Below are positions 13,672-25,964 of a DNA stretch of 64,000 bases, in pieces. Under the pieces are notes generated by a model that saw only the letters and a list, made by a program, of their open reading frames with translations, searched no databases and was not told the DNA's origin. Origin of the DNA: Bigelowiella natans CCMP2755 (Eukaryota > Protista > Cercozoa); contig ADNK01001278.1 in the NCBI GenBank assembly GCA_000320545.1, positions 1 through 64,000 on the forward strand, given 5' to 3'. A program made the position numbers and the translations under genes. Every line of letters begins with the position of its first letter. Position 1 is the first letter of the stretch.

Positions 13672-15330
13672 CTAGGGGATGAAGTCGCGCCGTATTTCAG
13701 CTTCTCTGATCGGGTCTTGGAAGCTGACAAGGACTGTCGTCGGGACTGTTCTCCACAATCCGATCGCCAAGGTGAAGAAAGCACCATGGCTAGTTCGTTC
13801 GGAAGAATGCTCCAAGACCGATTTTCGGTGGTGGTTGAGTATGAATGTACATGTCTAAGGTTGAGGGCATGGCCAAAATATCGAAGGCAGGCGAAATTAT
13901 TAGCTCCGGGACTCTACTCTATGAAGAATCAGGCATGTTGACAGTAGAAGAGGCCCAGCAAGGGGGGGGCTAAAAGCTGAGGTTATTGTGGGGTTAAAAC
14001 ATATATTCAGGTGAAATGAAATTCGAGGGAAAATCGAATAAACTCAACGTTTCCAAATCGTATTACCTTCGCCTCCGCAATTGTCCTAAGGAGGTCAGCA
14101 TATCCCTTAAATCCGATTCCACTTGCGCTAACAGCTGTCTAAACACTCGCAAAGGAGGGGAAAAAGCCTGAGATACCAGGAGGAACGTTGTCATCAGCGT
14201 CGTCGTCTTCCTCCTCGTCGTCATCGTCGACCTCCTCCTCCTCTTCAAATACCTTCCTCTCCTCCAAGGCACTTCTCTTCCCGCTAGACGTTTATTTCAC
14301 CAGAGATGACAACGGGGTACAGCTTGTGCAAAATGCTATGAATGATCGCCACTCCTGCCGTAGCGAGGCTTCATCGACCAGATTGACCATGACGGCAATA
14401 GCTATTATTATGAAAAAATTGATGCAAGTGATTGGGTGCTTGCCGTCATGTTTCCCTCAATGATTCCCGGTGCGAAAAATAAACTAAAATTAGGGTGCGG
14501 TCACCGAGTTGACTTCTAAAACTCACTACATCTCCTTCGAGGAGGAGGCTTCTCCATTAGATGATGTTTCCAAAGATATATCTTTAAAAGGTATATTAGA
14601 TTTTCAAATTGTAAGAATCAACTGCTGCGCTATTTAACACGATGGGAAAATTGATGTTTCGTCTGTCAGCATGATGTCATGTGAATCAACGAGCTACGTC
14701 CTTCCATTTTCCGAACACCCCCGCAATGATAACGAAGGGAAGCGACGCTATATCAATAAATTGTGTTTGTGCTTAGATGGCCACATTTCCAGCACAGTAC
14801 ATCATTGCGGGGATGATTTGTACAGTGCGAAGCTTTATGTTCTCGCAGAAGAGGTGTTCCTTCCATACTTTGCACAAAGCAAGGAAGACTAACACATTTT
14901 TTCCTTACTATACGCTTCAGACTTTCAAGACAGAATGTGTTGTGAAAGGTCCGAAAAAGGATTTCACAATAGTGTCCAAATACGTTCATGTTCCTGCTGC
15001 TTGACGATAAGAAACGACTGCGACTGGTGTAATTTTCGATACTTTTAGCTCTGATTAGTGCTTATCTTGTTTCATTCTTAGCTTCTAATGTTGATGCTAC
15101 ACTAAATTGAACAAAGAGTACAGAGCCGGGATACTCACAATATCCTTCGATATAGGTAAAATTGAAGGATTGTGGAATTTTGGTCCAATCAAGCAAAGAA
15201 TCATTATTTGAGATGCCATTGCTACAATATTATATGTTATGAGCACATCTGGATTTGACGACGCAGTTGTGAAGTACATTGATATGTCTGTGAGCGAGCG
15301 CACATTAGTCACAAGCAAGGCTGACTGAGC
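13672..15330 (-). CDS. Multi-exon hypothetical protein
   Basis: Exons: AVMVNLVDEASLRQEWRSFIAFCT; acidic KRSALEERKVFEEEEEVDDDDEEED; SGIGFKGYADLLRTIAEAK; SRVPELIISPAFDILAMPSTLD; HGAFFTLAIGLWRTVPTTVLVSFQDPIREAEIRRDFIP*. 5' end unresolved. Confidence 0.5.
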
Positions 15331-15885
15331 AATGTCGCAGTTAGAGTGGCTGCACATACTGGCATGCAGCATCTCTACTATTGTCTCTGTGAGTGGCACA
15401 TCTCGCTGCGCTACGTGCGATACTACGCTCGCCATGCTTTGATTGTCAAGGCAGAGACACAAGACACATGCTCGAATCGCGTGAGGGCTGCAGGACTAGA
15501 GGGAAGCCGAACAAAGCTCACACCAAGCAGAACATTGAATACTGACAGCATGTGAATGTTCAATCACAACTAAAAGTATGTATTCATTCATTTGCGAGAT
15601 TAGATCACATTCATGTTTTGTTTTGTTACAATGCATTTAGCGAGCGCAGAGCGTGTGGCAGTTTGCTCCATCTATTCTGTGCTCATACAGCCCAGATAGC
15701 ATGTATCTGTTTTGATCGTGCAACCACCATTCCGCTACGCCTTCAGAGAGAAGCACAGATGTGTCTAGGTGCGCATAGCGTTCGTCATAACGGTCATGCA
15801 GGCATGTGATATGCGATACAAACAAGCTGTAATGGGTTCAACTTAACTTGCATGATTAGTGGGAATAAATAGAAATAAGGTGTTT

Positions 15886-16113
15886 TCATAATGAATATTT
15901 CATCACAACGAGTCTATCATTTGCGAAGATTGAAGCGACTTGGGTCCCTATTGCGAACTAAATAAATTGAACAATTTCAACTCATTCATTCATAAGATTC
16001 GTCTCACAAATTAAATAATTATCCAACACTAAAGTCACAGTAAAAAATGGAAATTAAATAGTAATGGATCGCAAGCTAAGACATCTCGTTTAGTCGCATA
16101 CATATCTTATATA

Positions 16114-16157
<44 letters not shown>

Positions 16158-16738
16158 AGCTATCAAACAGCGGTGTGTGAGTGGTGTTTGCAGGTATAAA
16201 TCAATCGTGTAGTGAAAGTTCCAAATAAGATATAATATTGTTGTACCTCTGCTTGCATGACCGGAGGGGCTTCTGCGATTGCAACCTCGGAAAATCCCAT
16301 ACTTTCATAGAAGGGCGTTGTTTTGTTTAAAGTAAGCAAGAACAAGCCATCTTCGATGCCATATGTTTCTCGTACGTGCCTTCAAAGTTCAATGAATAAA
16401 CTTATACATTGGTCGCAAACGGGTGATTTAATCGAGAAGGACGATGGAAATTGCTTAAATGTGGTATGTTTTCTGCGTGTCTTGATTCATATTCTTTAGC
16501 AGAAAATTGACCAGAGCAGCAAATGCTCACTATTCCTAACTCATATCGGCGCAATCATCGTTCTATCAATATTTGATAGTCACCTCTCTAGGAGCTTGTG
16601 TACAGCCTTGGATCCGATGTCTTTTCTCCGATACGAGGGTTCGACATACAGACTTGCAAGCTCAAAATACCCGTCCCCAATGGACCTTATCTGTCCACAT
16701 GCGACACGCTCGCTCCTATGTGTATGTGTATGTGTATC

Positions 16739-16779
<41 letters not shown>

Positions 16780-17455
16780 CAATTACACGAGATATTTAAA
16801 TGAATTGTTTAAAATCGCTTATATCTTCCTCTCCAGCGATACCATTACCATGAATGACGTTAAAATTGATCAAATACCCAATAGTTCCAAGCATGAAGCG
16901 CGAAGGGTCCGTGATGACAGGATTCATTTTTTCAGCAAGAAGCTTTGATGCGAGCCATGGCAAATCCATCGCACTCCCCTCCCTCCAGTGGACTCGATCT
17001 GACAGAGCATTCAAATCATCACTAACAAAAGATGGGTGGTGGAGCACTCCATTACCTACTAGCTTACTATTACTATCACTGTTATCTTTATCATTATTCG
17101 GAATCCAGCTGGAGCGTTGCTGAAGTAGTTGACGAAGTCGCCTCCGCGGTTGTTTGATTGGCGAGGGGGGCCACTTGCCGAGTGCAGTGTGCCAGGGGCG
17201 GGGTTTTATCCGTAGTACATCCTACGTAAAGGTTCAAGGAAAAGTATCTTTATTTAAACGAGAAGGAGGAGGACAACATCGCTGTATGTCATCGAATGAT
17301 AATATCACCGATCGCGATCGACTCGTTTCTACTGATAATGAAGCTGTGGGAGAGCAGAAGGAGGAAAAGGAGGAGACTCCGCCCTCCAACGAAAGGAGGA
17401 AGACAAAAGCCGTCAGCTGAACTCCTCCCGCAAAGGAAAATCCATGGACGAGCAT
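15886..17455 (-). CDS. GNAT-family N-acetyltransferase (cyanobacterial/algal type) with N-terminal signal+transit-like leader
   Basis: Leader MLVHGFSFAGGVQLTAFVFLLSL then Ser-rich stretch; exons DLPWLASKLLAEKMNPVITDPSRF, ELASLYVEPSYRRKDIGSKAVHKLLE (motif A), LFLLTLNKTTPFYESMGF (motif B), FAIGTQVASIFANDRLVVMKYSL*. Confidence 0.85.
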
Positions 17456-17739
17456 TTCCCCAGCAGGCAGCAAGGCCTTTGTCCCTTCCAAAAGAGTTGG
17501 GTTGTGAGGCTCTCTGGTGCCAATGTTCCCTTCAGTTGAACGAGATAATAATTTAACCCTAAAATATGCAACAAGAAAATCCAAATCAAATACAATTACT
17601 CAAGTATTTTTTTGACGGCTTCGTATTCCGACAAATATCAATATTTCTGTCAAATATATTTGGATATTTGATGCGTAATAAAATATCGATTTGTTGCGTT
17701 GCAGTTTGCATCGATACATGTAATGCTCTCAACAGGGTG

Positions 17740-19249
17740 ATGGTGATGGTGGGCTCCTTACTGGCGTCGGTGCTCGCCATTCCCATGATATTTCAGTTCC
17801 TCATGGCTCAGCCTGCCGCTTCTAGAATGCCGCCTTCTGAGGTGGGAGGAAGAGGCTGTGGAGTCTATACGCGACCAAACCTGCCAGGTTATCCCCACAC
17901 ATGCACATGCGGCGCTCAGTTTCTTGCTTCTTGCTGGCACTATCAGGGTGGCAGGCCACTCTGTGCAAGATGGCCCCCCACGATAACATTAGTAAATCGC
18001 CATTATACTATTTGGCCAGGTATGGAGCCTGGTGTACGGCTACGTGAAATGACCTTGATCGATATCCCGCAAGTGAGGAGTCTCAACGAGGAGCACCTCG
18101 CAGAGAACTACAGGTGCTAGTGGGTGTGAAGGAAGGGGCGATGAATGAGAGAGAAAAGAAGATGGTAGAATGGGAATGGAAAATGGTAACAAAGGCAGGG
18201 TTAATGTAAACATGTCCGCAGGGCTGTTCTTTGGTGATCTCTCTAAATGTTCTATTATTCATTTTAATTAACTAGATCTCAGTTCTGGGAAAGGATGATC
18301 TTAGCATTTCCTGGAATAAGCATGCTTTTAGAGGTGATCAAAAGAATCTGATTGAAGTTCTTAATATGCTAAAGCGGATGTTGATTGCTTCCGTAATAGT
18401 GACATTTCCGTCCATTTAGGACCTGCAAACTGGCGAAATTCTTGGATATGTACTCTCCACAATCCATCCGGTACGTATTAGAAAGGCGGTAGATGAAAGG
18501 AGAAAGGGCTGCGCATATTGGGAAAATCCTCTTGCTTATCATGTCAGGGGAGAGCGGAAACGCTGTGTGCTTGTGAAATTAATAATGACCAAGTTAACGT
18601 CGTGTCCACTTCTAGGAGGGGAATAAACGGGAAGCTGAAATCGTATCTTTGGCTGTTGATTGGCGGTGTCAGAAGCGCGGTTTCGGTTCCCTCTTAGTGG
18701 ACACGTAATGATTATTACATCACTCACGACAACAACGTTCGCATTTTTTAAAATCGAAGATTCACAAGATCTTGTAACTGTATCATTCTCAGCTCCGTTT
18801 TCAAGATGCGGTCCAAGTTCAACGCAACGAGTGTCATGTTATACGCAAGGTGGCGGTTGATATTTATCTTCTCTACTCGAGTATGAATGATGACACCAAA
18901 CACATATTGTATTTTGTGGCTGATGGTCGTCTTCCCACTCATTACAGAGGAACAACTCGCGCTTATGTTCGGCGACTTTATCACCGTCTGGGTACTTTCA
19001 AATAGTAGCTATGGTGGCCTGCTCCCGCCTGATTGCCGCGAAATAATTGGAATATATCCATATCGTAAAGGTTTTAAACTGAAACAAGAGCTTCCGAGGT
19101 ATTACGATGATGGTGAAAGTGCCCACGTCCTAGAGGCTGAGATACAGCGCGAAGCTTTCAAAGCGGACGCGGATATCGAAGAGAATAAAGTAGCACCTCC
19201 ACAGTGGCCAGAAGATTGTGCTGATCGGCCTGCCTATGGCGAACTCTAA
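17740..19249 (+). CDS. N-terminal acetyltransferase-like GNAT (Naa10/Naa20/RimI-like) with hydrophobic N-terminal leader
   Basis: Exons VRLREMTLIDIPQVRSLNEEHLAENY; SQFWERMILAFPGISMLLE; GEILGYVL; EIVSLAVDWRCQKRGFGSLLV (acetyl-CoA motif); LYHRLG/FKLKQELPRYYDDGESAHVL; leader MVMVGSLLASVLAIPMIFQFLMA. Confidence 0.87.
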
Positions 19250-20018
19250 GCAGTGTATCGGAACGAAATGCAAATTTTGTCGGTACTGCGATGCTGAGGT
19301 ACGATCGGTACAAATATCTAATAAGTGCATTGGCTCTCTAGCCCAGAAAAATGCTTTGCAAGGTGTACGGCAGACGGCCTTCGCTCATGCTTAGCTTGAT
19401 ATTTGTAGTAGTAGTCGTTGTGGCTCTGGCATGAATCGTCTATGTTATGAACTGTTACATGATGTGCTCAATAAATATATAATAATTATGTGCATATATA
19501 TATTTTAGCTATGCAATATACTGCATCTGTCGTACCTAGGTACCTATCGATCGGTTGATGAAATCGTATTTGACGCCGTAGCGCTGTAGCTCTGATGCAA
19601 TGGCTACGCGTGTATGCATAGACAAGCATCGTTATATCGTTTTTGTAAGTAAGAGTGGTAAACAGTTATATATACAAGCTACGTGCGCAAATATGCACCT
19701 GCGATACAGTACTATGCGGGCTCAGGAGAGCGATAATCGCTCATCAGCGCAGCAAGCAAGGCACCGTGCACGCATGCATATTTTCCGATCCGATTATGAT
19801 GTGTACGTAGCTTTCATTTCTCTCATATGCTTAGCTGTGTTTGCGCTGGCTCCATTAGTATACCACAAAGAACTTCTAGCGCGAGTATTGTATAATTGCA
19901 TCTGTAATGTTGGTGTTGCTTTTCCATTTTCTAAAGCGGTGCGACAAATCAACGTTACGCTTTGACGACTTTAGTCACGCGTAGACAACACTTTCGGTAG
20001 CAAACATATGTTGGGCTC

Positions 20019-20681
20019 TTACGATGCAGCGGCGATAAGGTCCAGAACCGCATTCGCCAACATCTCAATGTCGGACATTTCGGTGTATATTTGGCATGAT
20101 ACGCGGGTGTAGAAGGGCCCCGAATCGTTTCCGAAGAGTGCATAGACTGGAACCCACGTGTTATACCTGCAGAATCAGTCACCGGGTTAAGACATCCAAC
20201 GTTTGTGATGGGTTTAATCGCGGACAGGGTGCTACAGGCAGAGCTTGTCTTGCAGCAGGACACAAACCCGTGTGAGTGTTTGTAGCCAAACAGTTAATTG
20301 GTATTACCTCTCCAGCAACTGCTGCGGCAAGTTGGACGCGATGGTAGAATTATTTGTAGGCAATCGAACGTCGACAAGAGACGCATACCTTATCCACACA
20401 CCGCAAAAGTGAGGATAGAGAGTAGCAGCACATATCATTATCGTGTGCACCAACAAGATGTCTAGCTTCTGCAAGCATCGAGCGGAGAATCAGCATCGTC
20501 ATCACTAGCATCATTATCATCTTGAAATTCTTCGGCTTATCTTCTTACATTTCCTCGGGCAGCAGAACTTCGGTGCCAAATGCCGTGGCAAGGTGCTGTC
20601 CCGCAGCCTTGGCAAGTGAATGCATATAACCCAACACCTATATAACATTATCAATGAAAATTGTACCTCTCATCTCTCATC

Positions 20682-20751
<70 letters not shown>

Positions 20752-22123
20752 GGGGGGGGGGGGAGGACATACTACGTTCACACTACCCTCACCTTTTTTT
20801 CCCCTCCAAGCCACTCCCTGAAATCGAGGGCGGCGCCCATGGCGAGGTAGGGGCTATAGGAGGCAGTTCCCGTGTAGGAGAAGGCAGTTTGGAAATGCGA
20901 CAGGCCGCGTCCCTAAAGACGTATTATCACGTTGTTTTCAGATGTCCTGATCGTAGACAGCAGCTACCGCATACCACGAGCTTTGGAAATTCAGGAGGAG
21001 ATGAAGTAAATCAATATTAATAGCTGCTGCCTGCTCCTGACACGTTGGAGGATAGCACATCATCTGTTTACCTCCCAGGAGATTGTGGTGGGTTCGATGA
21101 GCGCTTGCCGGTCTCTCCTTACCCACAGTACCGCGCTCCCCTTGGGAGAGTAGAGCCATTTGTGCCCATTCCCAACCCAAAAATCGGCGTTTAAGGCAGT
21201 CATGTTAAGAGGGATCTGACCGAGTGCGTGCGCACCGTCGATTAGAACCAGGGCACCGTTGTCATGCGACAACCGGGTCAGCTCAGCCACGGGCAATATC
21301 GCCCCTGGAATGCTTACAATATGCGAGAAGGCGCAAAGGAAGACCTCTCCCTTATGCTGCTCGAGAGCACGCTCCACTTGGGCCACAATGGATGCCGGCG
21401 ATATTGGCGCCGTGATATTCACCTGCAGGAGTTGCTCGTGGCGGACGTCGCTGACATACGACAACGTGTTCTTGACCATTTGATAGGCAATATTGAGGAA
21501 GAGAATCTTCTTTCCCTTGGGGACCTGCAAGGACCGAAGCACCGCGTTGACACCTGCCAGAGAGATAGACCGTATTGACGGCAACGACAAAAGCGAGGAG
21601 TAGTAGTTGTGTGAAGTTTAGAGGATAAAGAATGACACCATACACACCAACATGCCCACACGCAGGATGCATGCACACATTCAATCGACTCTTTTCTACC
21701 ATGAGAAGCGTTCGGGATGAAGGCGACATCCTCGGCTTCTGCGCCGATGTAACTCGCGACCCTCGTACGCACTTGGTCCATCAGACCGAACACATCGAAC
21801 CTGAACCAGCGGTCGGGGTTGGCCTCCATCCTCAGCTCCCAATCTCTCTGCGACCGAGAAACCTACGAATATTTCAAGCAGTTTATGTGTGCGGAGGGGA
21901 GAGGGAAGACAGAAGACGAGGAAATATCCAGTTTCAAAAGATTCTTCTTTTTCTCATCAACCGCTTTCGGAGGCGAGCCGTAGCTCCCGTGATTAAGGTT
22001 GGTGTAGTTCGTATCCAGAGAAAAGAGATCAAGAAGAGAGTGTCCGAATGGAGGTGGGGAAGTGAGCGCCAATGCGGGGGAGGTGGGTTGTAGGAGGAGG
22101 AGGGAGAGGGCAACGAGCAACAT
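20019..22123 (-). CDS. Class-V PLP-dependent lyase (Egt2/L-cysteine desulfhydrase/isopenicillin N epimerase-like) with signal peptide
   Basis: Motifs NLNHGSYGSPPK, MEANPDRWF, FIPNASHGVNAVLRS, SHIVSIPGAILPV, LIDGAHALGQ, FWVGNGHKWLYSPKGSAVLWV (PLP lysine), FSYTGTASY, YTRVSCQIYTEMSD. Confidence 0.93.
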
Positions 22124-22320
22124 GGTTCCAAACTGCAAGTGATGAGGATGTGTTGTGCAAGTACCTTATCGTGAATTTCATGGGATTTTTATGTTGCGAC
22201 ATATGATTTTCAACATTTTCCCCATTGATTCTACGGCATGCTTTCATCAACGGCCTTTGTTGTACACATCAATCAGCCATGAATTTCGAATGAAAGAAGC
22301 TCACATTCCACAACTGCTCA

Positions 22321-22860
22321 AGTGCCGTGACCGGCGGATGTGCAATGAATCTTCAAGTTTTCGCAAAGCGTGAAATGGACATGACATGCATCATGCCCGC
22401 ATGTCACTGCATCTAGCTTTGATTGTCGCCAGGATGTCGCTGCGCCACATCTCCAGCTAGTAGCCAGCGCTGCTTGAACTGGGCTGGCTCAATTCCTGCG
22501 AACCCAATTCGTGCGTGCAACAATCCAAAAAACGATGTGACACGTGACACGTGTTCACACACAACCACAATGAGCTCACCATGCGTGCATGATTGCAAAA
22601 CGTGTCTTCATTGCATTGACGACGTGTCAATTTGTGCCACAGTGCATGCATGTGTGTGCGCAGGGCGCACTGGCGGATGCAGCGCGTAGCAGGTGAGAGC
22701 AGGCTGACTGTGATGCGCAACGTGTCGGCGGAGTGGAAACATTGCAGCAGCCTCGCTAGCACGTTGTGCACAACACTTGGCGCACGCAGTGAGCGTTGCT
22801 TGTCGCACACCTGAAGCACTTGTTAGCTGACTGACATTGCAACAATTGGTCCAAATTTGG
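22321..22860. other. TpA-depleted, CpA/TpG-rich intergenic tract
   Basis: 6 TA in 540 bp (3 CTAG, 2 GTAG, 1 TTAG); CpG plentiful. Confidence 0.9.
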
Positions 22861-23010
22861 CATTGCACCTATTAGGAACAGGTGGCTATTTTCAAGATCA
22901 CTTTGAATGCAATGACCAAAAGGGAGCAATGCTGAGGGCAATGGCGTGTCACACATCCATCGAGACAATGTCTAGATTAGATGGATTGCTCACTAAAGCA
23001 AATTGCAGCC

Positions 23011-23900
23011 CTAAGAAGGTGCGTGCCACTGTGATTTTCCTGTCTCAGCGTGGAAGTAGTATTCGTATCCCTCCTCCGTTGTGTGGATTGACCAGCCTGT
23101 TGTGAGCATGATTAGATGCACATAGGATTGTTATGAGGACATGTAGGATACCTGCTGGCAGTACTGCTCCACTGACAACTTTATTGTCGGATTCATCCCG
23201 AGTCTTGAGTCGCTGGCCTTTTGGCACTCTTGGACGGTCATCATTACCATCCTGTTCCACATCAGACTTAGCAATGAGATCTTCGGAGAATGAGGCGTAA
23301 AAGTCGTCACATACCTCAAAGATGTCATTGATAGAATACAGTAAACTGGCAAATATGCAGCACATGTTGATAAACATGAGTGCCCCTGCCGCTTTTGCTG
23401 CTCCATATCCGCACTGAAGAGCCTTTTCATCAGTAACCGCTACGTATGCAGCAGTGAATCTACAAGAAGTAATTGTTGAGTTAACAACCCGAATGATAAC
23501 GAAGTGGAAGCATTATTACGAGAAGACAGCAAACAGAGAATCCAGCATGACTGGGACGTAGATGTATGGCATGACTTCATCACGCCCCTCCAGGTAAATG
23601 AAGACTGTAAACAAAAGGGGATTGGTAAATGAAAGCCAGAATTCTCTGCGGATTTACAGTACGAGAAGACATACCTCCAGAAACCACAAGGTACATGATA
23701 CCTACGGCTACTAGGAATTCATTCTTTGCTGAGGATGATTCGCAGGTCCATCTATATTAAAAAACAATATTAGCGCGAAAGAAAACTGATATGTTTGCGT
23801 CGTACCCGCCCATCCCAACGGCAACAACAAGCAAGGAGAAGAGAAACTCCATGCTACGTAGAACCCCTCTGACTGTGAGAGGGCATGACCAGTCTCCCAT
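23011..23900 (-). CDS. MARVEL-like four-TM membrane protein with a C-terminal WW domain
   Basis: MGDWSCPLTVRGVLRSMEFLFSLLVVAVGM, EFLVAVGIMYLVVSG, MLDSLFAVFS..FTAAYVAV, ALMFINMCCIFASLLYSI; last exons give LPAG/WSIHTTEEGYEYYFHAETGKSQWHAPS* (WW consensus). Confidence 0.8.
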
Positions 23901-24281
23901 GATTTTACTCCTTTAGCAGATTAAAGAAGTCTTCGATGCTATGAGGCTGATGGCTTGTGTCGGCTAAGATTACTTAGCAGATCTTTTCGTTGTTGATGAG
24001 TTGGGGGATGGATCCAGCGCAATTGCGTAACTGCCGTCAGTGCCCGTTATTAAGATCATTTCACCTTATACCATCGGAAACACTGTGCGCTTTTAAGCGA
24101 AATCACCTTACCTTAGCTCGACGCATGCCTGCGCACGTGCAGCTCTGCATTCTTGTCTAGAATCCTGATAATAGTTCTGTCGTAGAGTATGAACAAAGGG
24201 AAATCCTCCTAAATATGTTGTTTTGTAGTTAATTGTTGTAATTGTTGTTGCGAAGGATAGTTGAAGGAGCTCTGCTCGGGA

Positions 24282-24753
24282 ATGGTGCCCGGCTCGGGCA
24301 GTGGCAATGCCCACTCCGGTTCTTCCCCATGCACCCTCTCTCTGTTATCATCATTCAGAGCCCCGGTTATGTTACTTGCCGTTGGGCTATTGGTGGTGGC
24401 CAGATTGGCTCGTAGATGTTCTTGCGATTCCAGATCTCCGAGCAAGAAAAAAAAGAAGAAGCTCCCCGACAACGAGCCCTTTGAAGACAACTCCCTGTCT
24501 CCGAGACGTCCTTTCTCAAGGTTCCTGGAGCATCGTCCAGATGGAATGGAGGAAAAATCATGGGAAGTCGTCCTGGAGTAAGCAACCACATTTAGTTGAC
24601 AGCATGATGATCGTGACACCAGTGCTCTTTTCAGATACTGCGGCATAGGTGTGAGGCAATCGATAGAATTCTACAGCGGAATTGGTGGAATGGTGCGTCG
24701 TCTCCTGGAGATAAATATATTTCTGTGTATCCTCGTGAGAATCGTTGTTCGGT

Positions 24754-24785
<32 letters not shown>

Positions 24786-25927
24786 TTCGTACTAGGCAGC
24801 TGCACTGGAAGCCTCGGGAGCCCGCTTCGAAATACTGAAGGCATTCGACCTCAATATACACGCGAACTCTGTATACGAATTCAACTATAGATTGAAACCT
24901 TGCACGAGGTCGATTGAACATTTGCGTGTTCGAGATCTCGAAGGCAAAGCTCGTCTGTGGATGCTAAGTCCCCCATGCCAGCCTTTCACTCGCGCAGGAA
25001 ACCAGAAGGTGCATTAGTAAACACGCAATGAATGGGAGTCCTTTTGCTCAGCCTTTTGAGTGGTTTAAATACTTTCTATCTCACTGAGGACGTGCAATCC
25101 ATGTAGGACATTGAAGACAACAGGACGAAGAGTTTCCTCCATTTACTCGAGATTCTGAAAGTGTTGGAGACTCCGCCAGATTTTTTTATCATGGAGAATG
25201 TCAAAGGATTTGATACGTCCTTGGTTAGGGAAATCATGCTAAAGGTGTTAAAATCGAGAGGCTTCAACATATCCGAGTTCATGTTGCAGCCGAAACAGGT
25301 GGTCTAAGAACAGAATGTAGCTTGCACCAAACCCGGTAGTACGGTAGGTATTGACCGGAAGATTGCTATAATTTCTCCACCAACAGTTCGGAATCCCAAA
25401 CACGAGACTGAGATACTACTGTGTGGCACGTCGGCTCAGTCCATTTGCTGCTATTGAAGACTGCAAGGTCCAGTAGCACCTCGAATAGAGAGGGGAAATG
25501 CCAAAAGTTTCAAAAGATAAACAGAAATAAGGATGGGAACAATAGCACAACAAGAACCGATGATCTATGTAAAAGGATGTTTTCAGCTTTCCTAGCAAAG
25601 TTGGAGACATGCTTATTTTGAAACAATCTTCATTATTTACACCGCGATAAGGCTTAATGCATGATTAATGTTGTTTTACAGGGCAACACGAACGGAATAT
25701 TAACAAGCATACCCTCTAAGTCTACCAGGGATCACATCCCCCATCCTCCTCCTATTCCATCTCTTCGAGACTTTCTTGGAGATGTTTTGTTCGTCCCACG
25801 CTCTCGAGCGGAATTAGAACCCTTTCTCATACCAAAGAGGTGAGCGAGATTTTAGTGTTTGCCTCTTTAAGTTAATATTTTCATTTCGCCTCGTGTTGAC
25901 TGCTGTCCCCCTCCTCGTGTATCTTTG

Positions 25928-25964
<37 letters not shown>

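Noticed and set aside
22413-22968. Overlapping His/Cys-rich ORFs as metal-binding proteins (also 7812-8352 and 61660-62768)
   Set aside because: Explained by loss of TA-containing stop and Tyr codons in TpA-depleted DNA; no consistent zinc-finger spacing.
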